Part shown: in pieces, positions 26,499 to 34,768 of the stretch
Layout: each line of letters opens with the position of its first letter
How positions within the stretch are numbered: the first letter of the stretch is position 1
NCBI GenBank assembly: GCA_035524855.1
Contig: DATKOC010000188.1
Coordinates: forward strand, 1 to 47,432
Direction: 5' to 3'
Length of the DNA: 47,432 nucleotides
From: a bacterium
Lineage (GTDB): Bacteria; Oederibacteriota; Muellerivitia; Muellerivitales; Muellerivitaceae
Translations under genes and position numbers: made by a program
The notes under the pieces: generated by a model
What the model was told of the DNA's origin: nothing
The model's database searches: none
Seen by the model: only the letters and a program-made list of their open reading frames with translations

Positions 26499-26515
26499 GG
26501 CATCAAGCATGCCAA
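26499..26515 (-). promoter_or_regulatory. Sigma54-type -24/-12 promoter-like element (TTGGCATGCTTGATGCC)
   Basis: The minus strand reads TGGCAT-GCTTG-ATGC with the correct GG/GC spacing against the consensus TGGCACG-N4-TTGC. It lies about 135 nt upstream of the ZAS ATG. The element is also a partial palindrome (GGCAT-N5-ATGCC). Confidence 0.3.
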
Positions 26516-26664
26516 GTAGGAAAAAGGTTAACCTGGGGTTTTCTTTGCCTTTCTTTCTACCTTTGGACGGTCACAAAGCCTTTTAGTGCATTGAATTCTT
26601 CGACTTGGCTAAAAACCCTTATTTTTAGCTAAAAAATTTGCCATTATTGTTTAATTTTTAACGA

Positions 26665-26703
26665 TAAACAATAAAAAGGCTTTAATTCAGCTTATTTAAG
26701 GCC
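26665..26703 (-). terminator. Possible terminator of the rex operon
   Basis: The minus strand reads GGCCUUAA-AUAAGCUGAA-UUAAAGCC (one mismatch) followed by UUUUUAUUGUUUAU. It begins 18 nt after the stop of the GNAT/kinase gene. The stem is AT-rich and weak. Confidence 0.35.
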
Positions 26704-26720
26704 AATTTGTCAGGTTTTAG

Positions 26721-27935
26721 TTAAAAAGAAGTTAGGGGGCTGCCAAGATGCAATAACAGGAAGACGGCCGACAAGACCAAAGCCGACCCGATAGGAACCG
26801 TCAGGTTGTCGTCCCATTCGAAAGAAAGAAGCTCAACTAAGGCTCCGGCGAAAGCCCCCACAAGGGCGATCAACCAGTTGTCAAACAATGCGAAGGCGAC
26901 CAAGAAAGCCACCAGGAAAAACGCAGCGGTCCCTTCGAGTGATTTTCCGAACATCCGGATTCTGCCGAAATTCTTCCCCCCCAACTCCGCGGCGGCGTCG
27001 CCCAGGGAAAGGAAAAACATGGCGGTAATGGCGATATTCCTCGAGAAGAAGAAAACGACAAGAAAGAAGGCCATACAAAGGAAAGTGGACCCGTTAAACC
27101 GGTTGGCTTCCGTGCGGCGGATAAACTCCGAAAAAAGCCCCATGAACCAGGAATTGAACTTGTGATCCCGCAGGCGCATCAAGTCCAGGGTAAAGGAAAT
27201 CAGGAAGCAAAATCCCGCCACGATCAGAAGCCAACGGCGGATTTCCGGAACCGATAAATGAAAGGGAGGATAAAGGTAGGCCAATGGAAAGAGTGAGGAA
27301 GCCAACACATGGTACATTTTGCGGAAACCCTGGAAGACCTTGGTTTCAGCGATCATTTCATTTTTTTGGACGGCTTCCATTTTCCCTTTCCAGTCTTCCT
27401 TCAAAATCCCGAAGAAAAAGGTATCACGCCACTTTCCCTTTTGAAACAAATTTTTGCGAAAACGTCCTTCTTTTCGCATGCCGGCCTTTTCCAAAACCCG
27501 CGCCGAGGCCCTGTTTTTGGCGTCACAGGTGGCGGTGATTCGGCGTAACCCTAGCTTCTTGAATCCGATTTGAATCATGGCCCGGGTGGCTTCCGTGGCG
27601 TAACCTTTTCCCCAAGCTTTCCGGTTGAGGCAATAACCCAACTCACCACCTTCCCTGTTTTTGGCGGAAGTGACGCTGAACCCACAAATACCGATGAACT
27701 GACCCGAAGCCTTCTCCACCATGGCCCAATCGTAACGCCGCCGGGGTCTTCGTGCCTGGAGCCTGATGCAGTTTCGGAGGAAAGCCTGGGTCTCCATGGG
27801 GCTGTTCGGTCCCCAAACAACGTAGCGGACAACTTTAGGATCTGAGGCGTATTCCTGGACCGACGGCCAGTCGGAAAACCGGGGTGTTCGTAATAATAGC
27901 CTTGGTGTATGGGTTTCCGCCCCGAACAAGCTCAT
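26721..27935 (-). CDS. GNAT N-acetyltransferase (RimJ/RimL-like) fused to a polyprenol/phytol/dolichol-kinase-like membrane domain
   Basis: 404 aa. Residues ~1-185 are GNAT (LGYCLNRKAWGKGYATEA, ASARVLEKAGMRKEG). Residues ~205-404 are polytopic with SLGDAAAELGGKNFG...KSLEGTAAFF...DDNLTVP, resembling the CTP-dependent kinase branch of the cytidylyltransferase family. Its ATG overlaps the rex stop as ATGA. Confidence 0.7.
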   Translation of the reverse strand: MSLFGAETHTPRLLLRTPRFSDWPSVQEYASDPKVVRYVVWGPNSPMETQAFLRNCIRLQARRPRRRYDWAMVEKASGQFIGICGFSVTSAKNREGGELGYCLNRKAWGKGYATEATRAMIQIGFKKLGLRRITATCDAKNRASARVLEKAGMRKEGRFRKNLFQKGKWRDTFFFGILKEDWKGKMEAVQKNEMIAETKVFQGFRKMYHVLASSLFPLAYLYPPFHLSVPEIRRWLLIVAGFCFLISFTLDLMRLRDHKFNSWFMGLFSEFIRRTEANRFNGSTFLCMAFFLVVFFFSRNIAITAMFFLSLGDAAAELGGKNFGRIRMFGKSLEGTAAFFLVAFLVAFALFDNWLIALVGAFAGALVELLSFEWDDNLTVPIGSALVLSAVFLLLHLGSPLTSF

Positions 27936-28597
27936 TTCTCGCTTTTATTTGATTTCATGAGGAAATAAGTTAAATGTTCCAATTCGGAGGCCAAGTCTAC
28001 CCCCCTCACCAACACAGATTTCGGAACCGCCAAAACACAGGGGGCGAAGTTCACGATGGCGCGGATGCCCGCGTCCACCAGGTCGTCGGCCACACGCTGG
28101 GCTTGGCTGGCCGGTACCGCGATGATGCCGATTTCGATTTTTTTCTCCCGCACCACTTGGCGGATGGCGGGCGTCGCCCAAATCTTCACGCCTTCCAATT
28201 CCCAACCCACTTTGGAAGGATCCACGTCGAAAGCCGCCTCGATTCGGAATCCCGCCTTGGCGAAACCACCGTATTGCAGGAGGGCCGTGCCCAGGTTTCC
28301 ACAACCTACCAGGGCGATGCGCCAGGCCTTTTGAAGCCCGAGGATCTCCCTCATCTTTTGGTCCAGAGTCTTCACGTCGTAACCCACGCCTCTTTGGCCA
28401 AACTGGCCGAAGTAAGCGAGGTCTTTCCTCACTTGGGCGGGATTGATACCGGAAGCCCCCGCTAATTCCTTGGAGGAGATCACCTCCTGTTTCTTTTGGC
28501 CGAACTCGGCGAAACTGCGCAAATACCGGGGAAGTCTAGCGATCGTGGGCTCGGGTATATTGCGGTGCTTGGGCGAAGAGGTGATTTTTTTTGCCAT
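27932..28597 (-). CDS. rex: Redox-sensing transcriptional repressor Rex
   Basis: 221 aa. It has an N-terminal winged helix (TIARLPRYLR...ISSKELA), a Rossmann GCGNLG motif and the IIAVPA and VNFAP motifs. Confidence 0.9.
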   Translation of the reverse strand: MAKKITSSPKHRNIPEPTIARLPRYLRSFAEFGQKKQEVISSKELAGASGINPAQVRKDLAYFGQFGQRGVGYDVKTLDQKMREILGLQKAWRIALVGCGNLGTALLQYGGFAKAGFRIEAAFDVDPSKVGWELEGVKIWATPAIRQVVREKKIEIGIIAVPASQAQRVADDLVDAGIRAIVNFAPCVLAVPKSVLVRGVDLASELEHLTYFLMKSNKSEK

Positions 28598-28722
28598 TTT
28601 TTGAAAAACACTTTCTAATTTTGAATATTGAATTCTTATTTTTAAATGGCGGCTATCTTTGGACGCTTCCGTTCAAAAATTTCAACAATTCATAATTAAA
28701 AATTTAGAATTCAAAATTGGTT

Positions 28723-29205
28723 TTAGAGTTCGTCGATGGTGCCGCGTTCCGGGAATATTCTTTGTTCCTCCAGGTAATGCCCACGGCGTTCAAGCGCTTC
28801 CCGCACTTTGTCCTTGAGAACCGTGAGTTGGAAAGGTTTGGCCAGGTAGTCGCAAGCTCCCTTTCGGAGGGCGTCGATGCCTATGGAGAAGGAGCCATAG
28901 GCCGTCATGATGATCACGAAGATCTTCTTGTCGCGAACCTTCAGGTATTGCAGGAGTTCCAAGCCCGTCATCTCGGGCATGCGAAGGTCCACGAGGGCCA
29001 AGTCATAGGAATGCTTCCGTTGGAGGGCGATGGCCTGGGTGGCGCTCACGGCCGCGTCCACCCGGTAACCGGCCTGGACCAGGGTTTTTTGGATCATCTT
29101 TCCGAAGTCAGCCTCGTCATCGACTACTAGGAGGTGCGCCCGGCCGACCGGCATGGAACGGGGTTTGATGAACGGCTTTTTCTTTTTTTTCAGGCTCTTC
29201 TTCAT
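28723..29205 (-). CDS. Stand-alone response-regulator receiver (CheY-like) with a Lys-rich N-terminal tail
   Basis: REC motifs are LLVVDDE, the phospho-acceptor in LALVDLRMP, T in IIMTAYG and K in YLAKPF. There is no output domain. The ATG overlaps the kinase stop as ATGA. Confidence 0.85.
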   Translation of the reverse strand: MKKSLKKKKKPFIKPRSMPVGRAHLLVVDDEADFGKMIQKTLVQAGYRVDAAVSATQAIALQRKHSYDLALVDLRMPEMTGLELLQYLKVRDKKIFVIIMTAYGSFSIGIDALRKGACDYLAKPFQLTVLKDKVREALERRGHYLEEQRIFPERGTIDEL

Positions 29206-30608
29206 TCGGCGGGTTCCTTCACCAGGGGAATAGGTTCATTATAGTGAAATTTCTCCGGATTGTTGGCGCCTTCCCGGACCAGCCCGTCCGTGGGAATCAA
29301 GAGGGTAAAAACTGTTCCTTCCCCGAGATGGCTTTCCACCCGAATCTGGCCTCCATGCTCATCCACAATGCGCTTGACGATTGAAAGTCCCAAGCCTGTG
29401 CCCTTTCCGAAACCTTTCGTGGAGTAAAAAGGCTCAAAAATACGCTTTAGCTCCCCGGTGGGAATCCCCCGCCCATTGTCCCGCACCGCCAATTTGACCT
29501 CGCCCCTGCGGTCGTGGGGACTTAAGCGCATCGAACGGTACTGAAAGCTGGCCGAGAGCGTGATCACCCCCCCTGGTCGAATGGAATCCACCGCGTTTTC
29601 CACCAGGTTGAGTAAAGCCTGGAACAGGCTCTCCGGATAGCCCGTGATTTCTGGGAGTTTGGGCTCGATGTCCAGGATGAGCTGTCCCCCGGCCTTCTTG
29701 AGTTTGGGTTGGACCGTTCGGGTCACGGCCTGCAGTATTTCGCTGATGGAAACGGACTTGATTTCGGACATGCTTTGCCGGGAAAAATCCAGGATGTCCC
29801 GTACCGTGCGGATGGCCCGCTGGACATATTGCTCGATCTGAATGAGGTTCTTTTGGGTTTTGCTTCCTTTCCGGGTCTCAGCCATCAGAAGTTCCAGGTT
29901 GCCCGAGATGAGTCCCAGGGGCGTGTTGACACCGTGGGCGATGCGGCCCGTCAGTTCCCCCATTTGGATCAGGTGGCGCTTTTGTTCCAGGGCCTTCTCC
30001 CGCGCCCGAAGCCGTTCTTCCCTGACCCAAACCTGCCGCATCAGGAGCACGCAGGCCGCGCACATCATCAGGAAAAAGAAAAGCCATCGGATGGACTGTT
30101 GCCAATAAAGTCCTTCCCGAACTTCCGGGCTTAGGCGGTCCAGGATTCCATCCACGAAATTGGTCTTCCCTGCGTCGAACGATTGGGGAAGGTCCAAAAC
30201 AAAATCGGCGTAGAGGGTGGCGAAGAAAACCCCAAAGATCAGCAGGACTACCACCAGCGCCTTCCGGCGGGTCAAGACAAGGATTGCCGCCACGAGCAGG
30301 AGCAGGAAATAGGGCATATAAAAACTCACCGCCCCTCCTGAAACCGTAACCCAGGCCCCAACTAAAAGTGAATCCATCAGGAACATGACGGGCATCAGCC
30401 ATCCCACAAGGCCTTTGATCCGGCCCAAGACCCAAAAGACCGGGCTGAGAACCAGGGCGACGATAAGGAGATTCCAACCCGCCACGACCCCATGCGATGC
30501 GTGGCCCGACTCCGTGAGGATAAAAAGCAGGAACATCAGCCCAAGACAGAGACTGCGCGTGAGGATCAGGGTCCGAAAGGTTTGGCTGTTGGTTTCGAGG
30601 GAAGGCAT
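29202..30608 (-). CDS. Membrane sensor histidine kinase
   Basis: 468 aa with about six hydrophobic segments in the first 190 aa. H-box RIAHGVNTPLGLI, N-box LLNLVENAVDS, G1 DNGRGI and G2 GTGLGLS are present. Confidence 0.85.
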   Translation of the reverse strand: MPSLETNSQTFRTLILTRSLCLGLMFLLFILTESGHASHGVVAGWNLLIVALVLSPVFWVLGRIKGLVGWLMPVMFLMDSLLVGAWVTVSGGAVSFYMPYFLLLLVAAILVLTRRKALVVVLLIFGVFFATLYADFVLDLPQSFDAGKTNFVDGILDRLSPEVREGLYWQQSIRWLFFFLMMCAACVLLMRQVWVREERLRAREKALEQKRHLIQMGELTGRIAHGVNTPLGLISGNLELLMAETRKGSKTQKNLIQIEQYVQRAIRTVRDILDFSRQSMSEIKSVSISEILQAVTRTVQPKLKKAGGQLILDIEPKLPEITGYPESLFQALLNLVENAVDSIRPGGVITLSASFQYRSMRLSPHDRRGEVKLAVRDNGRGIPTGELKRIFEPFYSTKGFGKGTGLGLSIVKRIVDEHGGQIRVESHLGEGTVFTLLIPTDGLVREGANNPEKFHYNEPIPLVKEPAE

Positions 30609-30621
30609 GCTGGGACTCCGA

Positions 30622-30936
30622 TTATTTCAGGCTTTGATGAATCCATTTCAGGTAAGGTGGATTTCCGGCGGTGATGGGAAGGGCGATGACTTCACAAACG
30701 GTATAGGGATGATTTTTCCGGACCCACTGGGTCAGGGCCGCGAATCGGGCACGGGTGGTCTTGATGATCAGCAACTGCTCCCGCGCGGTTTCAATCTTCC
30801 CTTTCCACCAATAGCGGCTTTGGAGGCCCGGCACGATGTTCACGCAGGCGGCCAGTTTGGCCGCCACCAGGCCCTTGGAAATTTTTTCGGAGACCCTCGC
30901 GTTGGGCGTTGTGACCAAAACCAGGAAGGCCGGCAC
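30622..30936 (-). CDS. cutA: CutA (PII-like trimeric) divalent-cation-tolerance family protein
   Basis: 104 aa. LVLVTTPN...KLAACVNIVPGLQSRYWWKGKIE...LLIIKT...HPYTVCEVIALPI is typical CutA1. The GTG start shares one base with the upstream TAG (TAGTG). Confidence 0.85.
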   Translation of the reverse strand: MPAFLVLVTTPNARVSEKISKGLVAAKLAACVNIVPGLQSRYWWKGKIETAREQLLIIKTTRARFAALTQWVRKNHPYTVCEVIALPITAGNPPYLKWIHQSLK

Positions 30937-32192
30937 TAATTCTTTCCGCTTTCTTCCACACCTGGAAGATTGAAGATTTTCTCACCCGTGGCGGAGCGGG
31001 TGATTTTGACCTGCGGAAGTACCGTAGGGGCTGGGAGGGTTTCTCGGGAGCCTGGCAAAGCGTAAACCTTGGCGCCATCAGCGATATCCACCATTTCCGC
31101 CAGCCGGTTCTTGGAGAGGATCTCCAGTCGACGGGAAATGGAAATCATGTCCAGCCCCATGAAGGCCTGGAGGTCGGTGTTAGAGGCCACCGCCCGACCG
31201 GACTTCGCCAGGAAATAAAGGAGCTTCTTGCAAACCAGGTCCAGTTTCAGGTGTTCATTGACGGCTTCATAAAGGTCTTGGAACTCAACCCTTTTGCCCT
31301 CCCGCTGGAAAGCCCGGTACATTCCCTCGGAAAGGAGGAAAAGGAACCGCCTCGGATTGCCCGCGGCCAGTGAGAGGGCCAGGGTAAGGGCCTCCGGCTC
31401 GAGGAATTCTTCCACGGTTCCCTTGTACCCCGCCTTTTTTAAGCGAGCCGAGAGAATTTCACGAAGCTCAACTTGAGTGAACTTTTCCACCTGAACCATG
31501 TGCTTAAAAAGACCCAAGACCGTGGGCTCGGCTCCCTCTTTCACGACTTGGCTGACCTTCGAATAAAACTCTTCCTGAAGCGCCATAACGAAAGCGACCT
31601 TCGGCAATTCCAAGAGCGGCTTGAGTTCTTCCAGTAGTTGAAGGGTACGCTCCGAGCGGGTTAGGTGTTGAATTCGATCGCCTTTGATCTTTTCCAGGTC
31701 GTCCACAAAAACCAATAAGGGTTTCTTGAGGCGATGGGTGATGGAGCGAATCATGGAAAAAACGGCGTTTTTGCTCAACTCGCCCGCTTCCAGCCTTTTT
31801 CCGATCTCCTTAAGGTTCAAGCCCGGAACATTGGGGATAACGACCAATATTTCCCGCAAGAGTTCGGAGAGAAAATACGAAGCGTCGTCCAGGGGAACAC
31901 CTATGCTCACGGAATAAAACTCTTTGGGAACGAGCGTCTTCAAGTATTGAAGCACGCTACTTTTCCCAGCCCCTGGTTCCCCAGCCACACCCGCGTTGGA
32001 AAGGGAGAACATGGCGGAGGATAACCGGTTGATGAGGGCCTTTCGCCCGATAAAATATTCCAGATTGTGTTTTTGGAGCGAGAGCGTGGTGAAAGGATCG
32101 AGCTTAAGGCCAAAATGGCGGTAAGCGGCCCCAACCGCGCGCTGAACCTTTCGGGGCGCTCTTTTAGATTTCGTTCGTTTCATCATGTCCAT
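30936..32192 (-). CDS. ExeA/GspA-like AAA+ ATPase with a C-terminal winged-helix-like segment
   Basis: The track ORF is trimmed to the ATG at 32192 (MDMMKRTK...), 8 nt after the cyclase stop. It has an ExeA-type N-terminus HFGLKLDPF, Walker A GEPGAGKS and Walker B LLVFVDDLE. The C-terminus LAKSGRAVASNTDLQAFMGLDMISISRRLEILSKNRLAEMV is HTH-like. Confidence 0.65.
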   Translation of the reverse strand: MDMMKRTKSKRAPRKVQRAVGAAYRHFGLKLDPFTTLSLQKHNLEYFIGRKALINRLSSAMFSLSNAGVAGEPGAGKSSVLQYLKTLVPKEFYSVSIGVPLDDASYFLSELLREILVVIPNVPGLNLKEIGKRLEAGELSKNAVFSMIRSITHRLKKPLLVFVDDLEKIKGDRIQHLTRSERTLQLLEELKPLLELPKVAFVMALQEEFYSKVSQVVKEGAEPTVLGLFKHMVQVEKFTQVELREILSARLKKAGYKGTVEEFLEPEALTLALSLAAGNPRRFLFLLSEGMYRAFQREGKRVEFQDLYEAVNEHLKLDLVCKKLLYFLAKSGRAVASNTDLQAFMGLDMISISRRLEILSKNRLAEMVDIADGAKVYALPGSRETLPAPTVLPQVKITRSATGEKIFNLPGVEESGKN

Positions 32193-32200
32193 CCGTATTT

Positions 32201-33247
32201 CTAATTGCTTCTGACAAGCCTCTCCCCATGTACCAGGTAGGGAGTTTGCATCTCTTCCTTCCCCTTGATCTTCATGGCAGGAAGGGGCGTCATTTCGAAA
32301 TGATCTTTCGCGGCCTGGTACATCTCCTCGTTGACCAGGACCTGCCCGTGCTTGGCCACTCCGCAAAGGCGGGAAGCCATATTAACCGTGTCGCCGATGA
32401 GGGTGAATTCCATGCGGTTGGAAGAACCCAGGTTGCCCATGATGGCCTCCCCGGCGGTGACACCGATACCCAACCCGATATCCAGGGGCCTGCTGTAAGC
32501 CACCTTGAAACTCTGGTTGATCACGTCAAAACGGTCCTGCATGCGCACCGCGGTGCGCAGGACCATCTTGGCCGCCTCCCCTTCGTTTCCGTAAGGCCGG
32601 CGGAAAAAGGCGAAGATGGCGTCCCCAATATACTTGTTGATGTCCCCCCCGTTTTGGGTGATGACTTCCTCCATGGCGGTGAACATTTTATTGAGGACTT
32701 CGACGGTTTCCTCAGGCTTGATCTGCTCGGTCATGTGGGTGAAACCCCGGACATCGGAGAAAAGAACGTAAACCTTTCGAAGCTCCCCGCCCAATTCGGA
32801 CTGCAGGGCCTTCTTGGAGGCTTTCTCGCTCACGCTGGTACCGACATATTTTTCCAAGGTCTGGTTGGAGACCTTGGCGTTCTCCACGAGCTTCCGGTAC
32901 TCAATGGCCGTCGTGGTTAGGAGCTTTTCACGGTGGGAGGTTACGTCCCAGGGCATGGCGGTTTTGATCCGGGGGGCATTGAAGGGGATCATCTGGTTCT
33001 TGATGAGCAATTCCTGCAGGTCCAACAGCCACCGGTTGCCCAACCGCCAAGCGAGGAAGAACCACCAAAAAAGAAGAAGGATCGCGGTGCCAAAGCCCAC
33101 GTAGTGGACTAAGTTATCGTCCTGGGTGAATTGGGCGATTACGGCAGCCATTCCAAAACTTAAACCTAGCCACAAAACCAGTGGAACAAGGAGGTTCATG
33201 ATCTTTTTTTGAACGGTAGCGGTGGCTTCGGCTAGAGGGTTGGGCAT
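32201..33247 (-). CDS. Membrane-anchored class III adenylate/guanylate cyclase
   Basis: 348 aa with two N-terminal TM helices. Catalytic motifs are FSDVRGFT, KYIGDAIFAFF and GDTVNMASRL. Confidence 0.85.
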   Translation of the reverse strand: MPNPLAEATATVQKKIMNLLVPLVLWLGLSFGMAAVIAQFTQDDNLVHYVGFGTAILLLFWWFFLAWRLGNRWLLDLQELLIKNQMIPFNAPRIKTAMPWDVTSHREKLLTTTAIEYRKLVENAKVSNQTLEKYVGTSVSEKASKKALQSELGGELRKVYVLFSDVRGFTHMTEQIKPEETVEVLNKMFTAMEEVITQNGGDINKYIGDAIFAFFRRPYGNEGEAAKMVLRTAVRMQDRFDVINQSFKVAYSRPLDIGLGIGVTAGEAIMGNLGSSNRMEFTLIGDTVNMASRLCGVAKHGQVLVNEEMYQAAKDHFEMTPLPAMKIKGKEEMQTPYLVHGERLVRSN

Positions 33248-33343
33248 GGCTAAGACTCACGTTTCATCGCTGAAATTCATCGCGACAACGGGCTTAGTTT
33301 ATCGCAAAAACAGGGGGAATGAAATGCGCGGAGAGCTTGAATC

Positions 33344-34768
33344 CTAGACTTTTATCAGTTCTTGTCCAGCTAATCTCAACTTTTCAAGATTTTCCTGTGA
33401 ATGGGCTTCCAGATAACAGCGCATCAGGGGTTCGGTGCCTGAAAAACGCACCATCAGCCATTCACCGTTGGAGAGGATAAACTTGAACCCGTCCTTACGG
33501 TCAATCTCGGCCACCTTGTACCCGGCGATTTCGGACGGGGGATGGTCCTTCAATTTAGCGGTCATGACCTCCTTCAAGCCGTCCTTTAGCCGGATGTTCA
33601 GGCGGTCGCTGTAAAAGGCGCCATATTGCTGGTAGAGGCCCTTGAGGACGGACGACAAGGTCTTGCCTTCCTTGGCCACGACTTCCGCCATGAGCAAACA
33701 GGCCAAGATGCCGTCTTTCTCGGGCACGTGACCGTGCACCGTCAGCCCACCCGATTCCTCTCCCCCGATGAGGATAGGTTCCTTGGTCATGATCTCGGCA
33801 ATGTACTTGAACCCCACCGGGGTGACCTTGAGGGGAACTTCGTGGGCCTTGCAGATGGCGTCAATGAGGTGGGTGGTGGGAACGGTGCGCACCACACAGC
33901 CTTTCCAATCCCGGGTCTTCAGCAAGTGCTCAAGGAGGATAGCGATTACTTCGTTGGGGCTGATATAGGTTCCATTGCCGTCAATGATCCCAAACCGGTC
34001 CGCGTCCCCATCGGTAGCCAAACCCAAATGGGCGGGCAAGGTCTTGACCAGTTGGATGGCTTCCTTCAAATCGTCCGGCCCGGGCTCGGGATGGTGGCCG
34101 CCGAACAAGGGATCCCGGTTGTTGTCCAGGACTTTTAGGTTCACACCCGCTTCTTGGAGCAGGGTGTCCAAATAGCCCATCCCGTTGCCGTGCATCACGT
34201 CCAGGACAATCTTAAGGCGGGCCTTCTTCAGCACGTCGAAATTGACGATTTCCCAAATCCGCTTGAAGTATTCCGCCTTCGGATCGATATCCTCGATCAA
34301 ACCTCTTTCTTGGGCCTGTTCATAAGTTAGCTCAGGAACCTTTTGACCCTTCACCGCGATGCTTTCGGCCAGCGATTCCAGGGACAAAGTGACTTGGGGA
34401 GGGGCTGGCCCGCCGTCGGAACCGTTGAACTTGAGACCCTGGTATTGGGCGGGATTATGGCTGGCGGTGAAGTTGATGGAACCGGCCAGTCCCCTGCGGA
34501 TCAATTCATAGGAAACGGTCGGAGTGGGTGTCCCAATGGGGCACATATAGGAAGTGATTCCGTGACCCGCCAGGACTCCGGCGGTCAGTTTCGTGAATTC
34601 TTCTGAAAGGAAGCGGTAATCCCCTGCCACCAATACGCCTTTGGAGGCCTCCCCAGTTTTTTGGAGGTGCTGGGCGATGGCCGCCACCGCGATGCGTACG
34701 TTGGCGAAAGTGAAATCATCGGCCAAAATGGCCCGCCAGCCTGAAGTTCCAAACGTAATCTTAGGCAT
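33344..34768 (-). CDS. Alpha-D-phosphohexomutase (phosphoglucomutase/phosphomannomutase), canonical
   Basis: 474 aa with all four family motifs intact: TASHNP, DGDADR, GEESGG and RFSGTEP. Confidence 0.9.
   Translation of the reverse strand: MPKITFGTSGWRAILADDFTFANVRIAVAAIAQHLQKTGEASKGVLVAGDYRFLSEEFTKLTAGVLAGHGITSYMCPIGTPTPTVSYELIRRGLAGSINFTASHNPAQYQGLKFNGSDGGPAPPQVTLSLESLAESIAVKGQKVPELTYEQAQERGLIEDIDPKAEYFKRIWEIVNFDVLKKARLKIVLDVMHGNGMGYLDTLLQEAGVNLKVLDNNRDPLFGGHHPEPGPDDLKEAIQLVKTLPAHLGLATDGDADRFGIIDGNGTYISPNEVIAILLEHLLKTRDWKGCVVRTVPTTHLIDAICKAHEVPLKVTPVGFKYIAEIMTKEPILIGGEESGGLTVHGHVPEKDGILACLLMAEVVAKEGKTLSSVLKGLYQQYGAFYSDRLNIRLKDGLKEVMTAKLKDHPPSEIAGYKVAEIDRKDGFKFILSNGEWLMVRFSGTEPLMRCYLEAHSQENLEKLRLAGQELIKV

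Noticed and set aside
26590-26680. AT-rich palindromes GCTAAAAA-N6-TTTTTAGC (26608-26629) and TTGTTTA-N11-TAAACAA (26647-26671), considered as Rex or other operators.
   Set aside because: The spacing and half-sites do not fit the Rex box (TTGTGAA-N4-TTCACAA). They lie downstream of the rex operon and overlap its probable terminator U-tract. Low-complexity AT sequence readily yields such repeats.
30936-32366. N-terminal extensions of track ORFs: the ATPase to 32366, the nucleotidyltransferase to 37631, tsaE to 12668, atpE to 1366, the atpZ-like gene to 3126, the SurA_N gene to 22472 and mfd to 26145.
   Set aside because: The extensions overlap upstream genes or are Arg/Gly/Pro-rich and non-homologous. 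Internal ATGs with Shine-Dalgarno sequences give family-typical N-termini.
32201-33247. Cyclase as part of a Pycsar/CBASS-like anti-phage signalling system.
   Set aside because: There is no adjacent cNMP-binding effector (TIR, TM-effector, patatin or nuclease). The cyclase is a membrane-anchored sensory type, and the neighbours are signalling or housekeeping genes with no mobile-element context.
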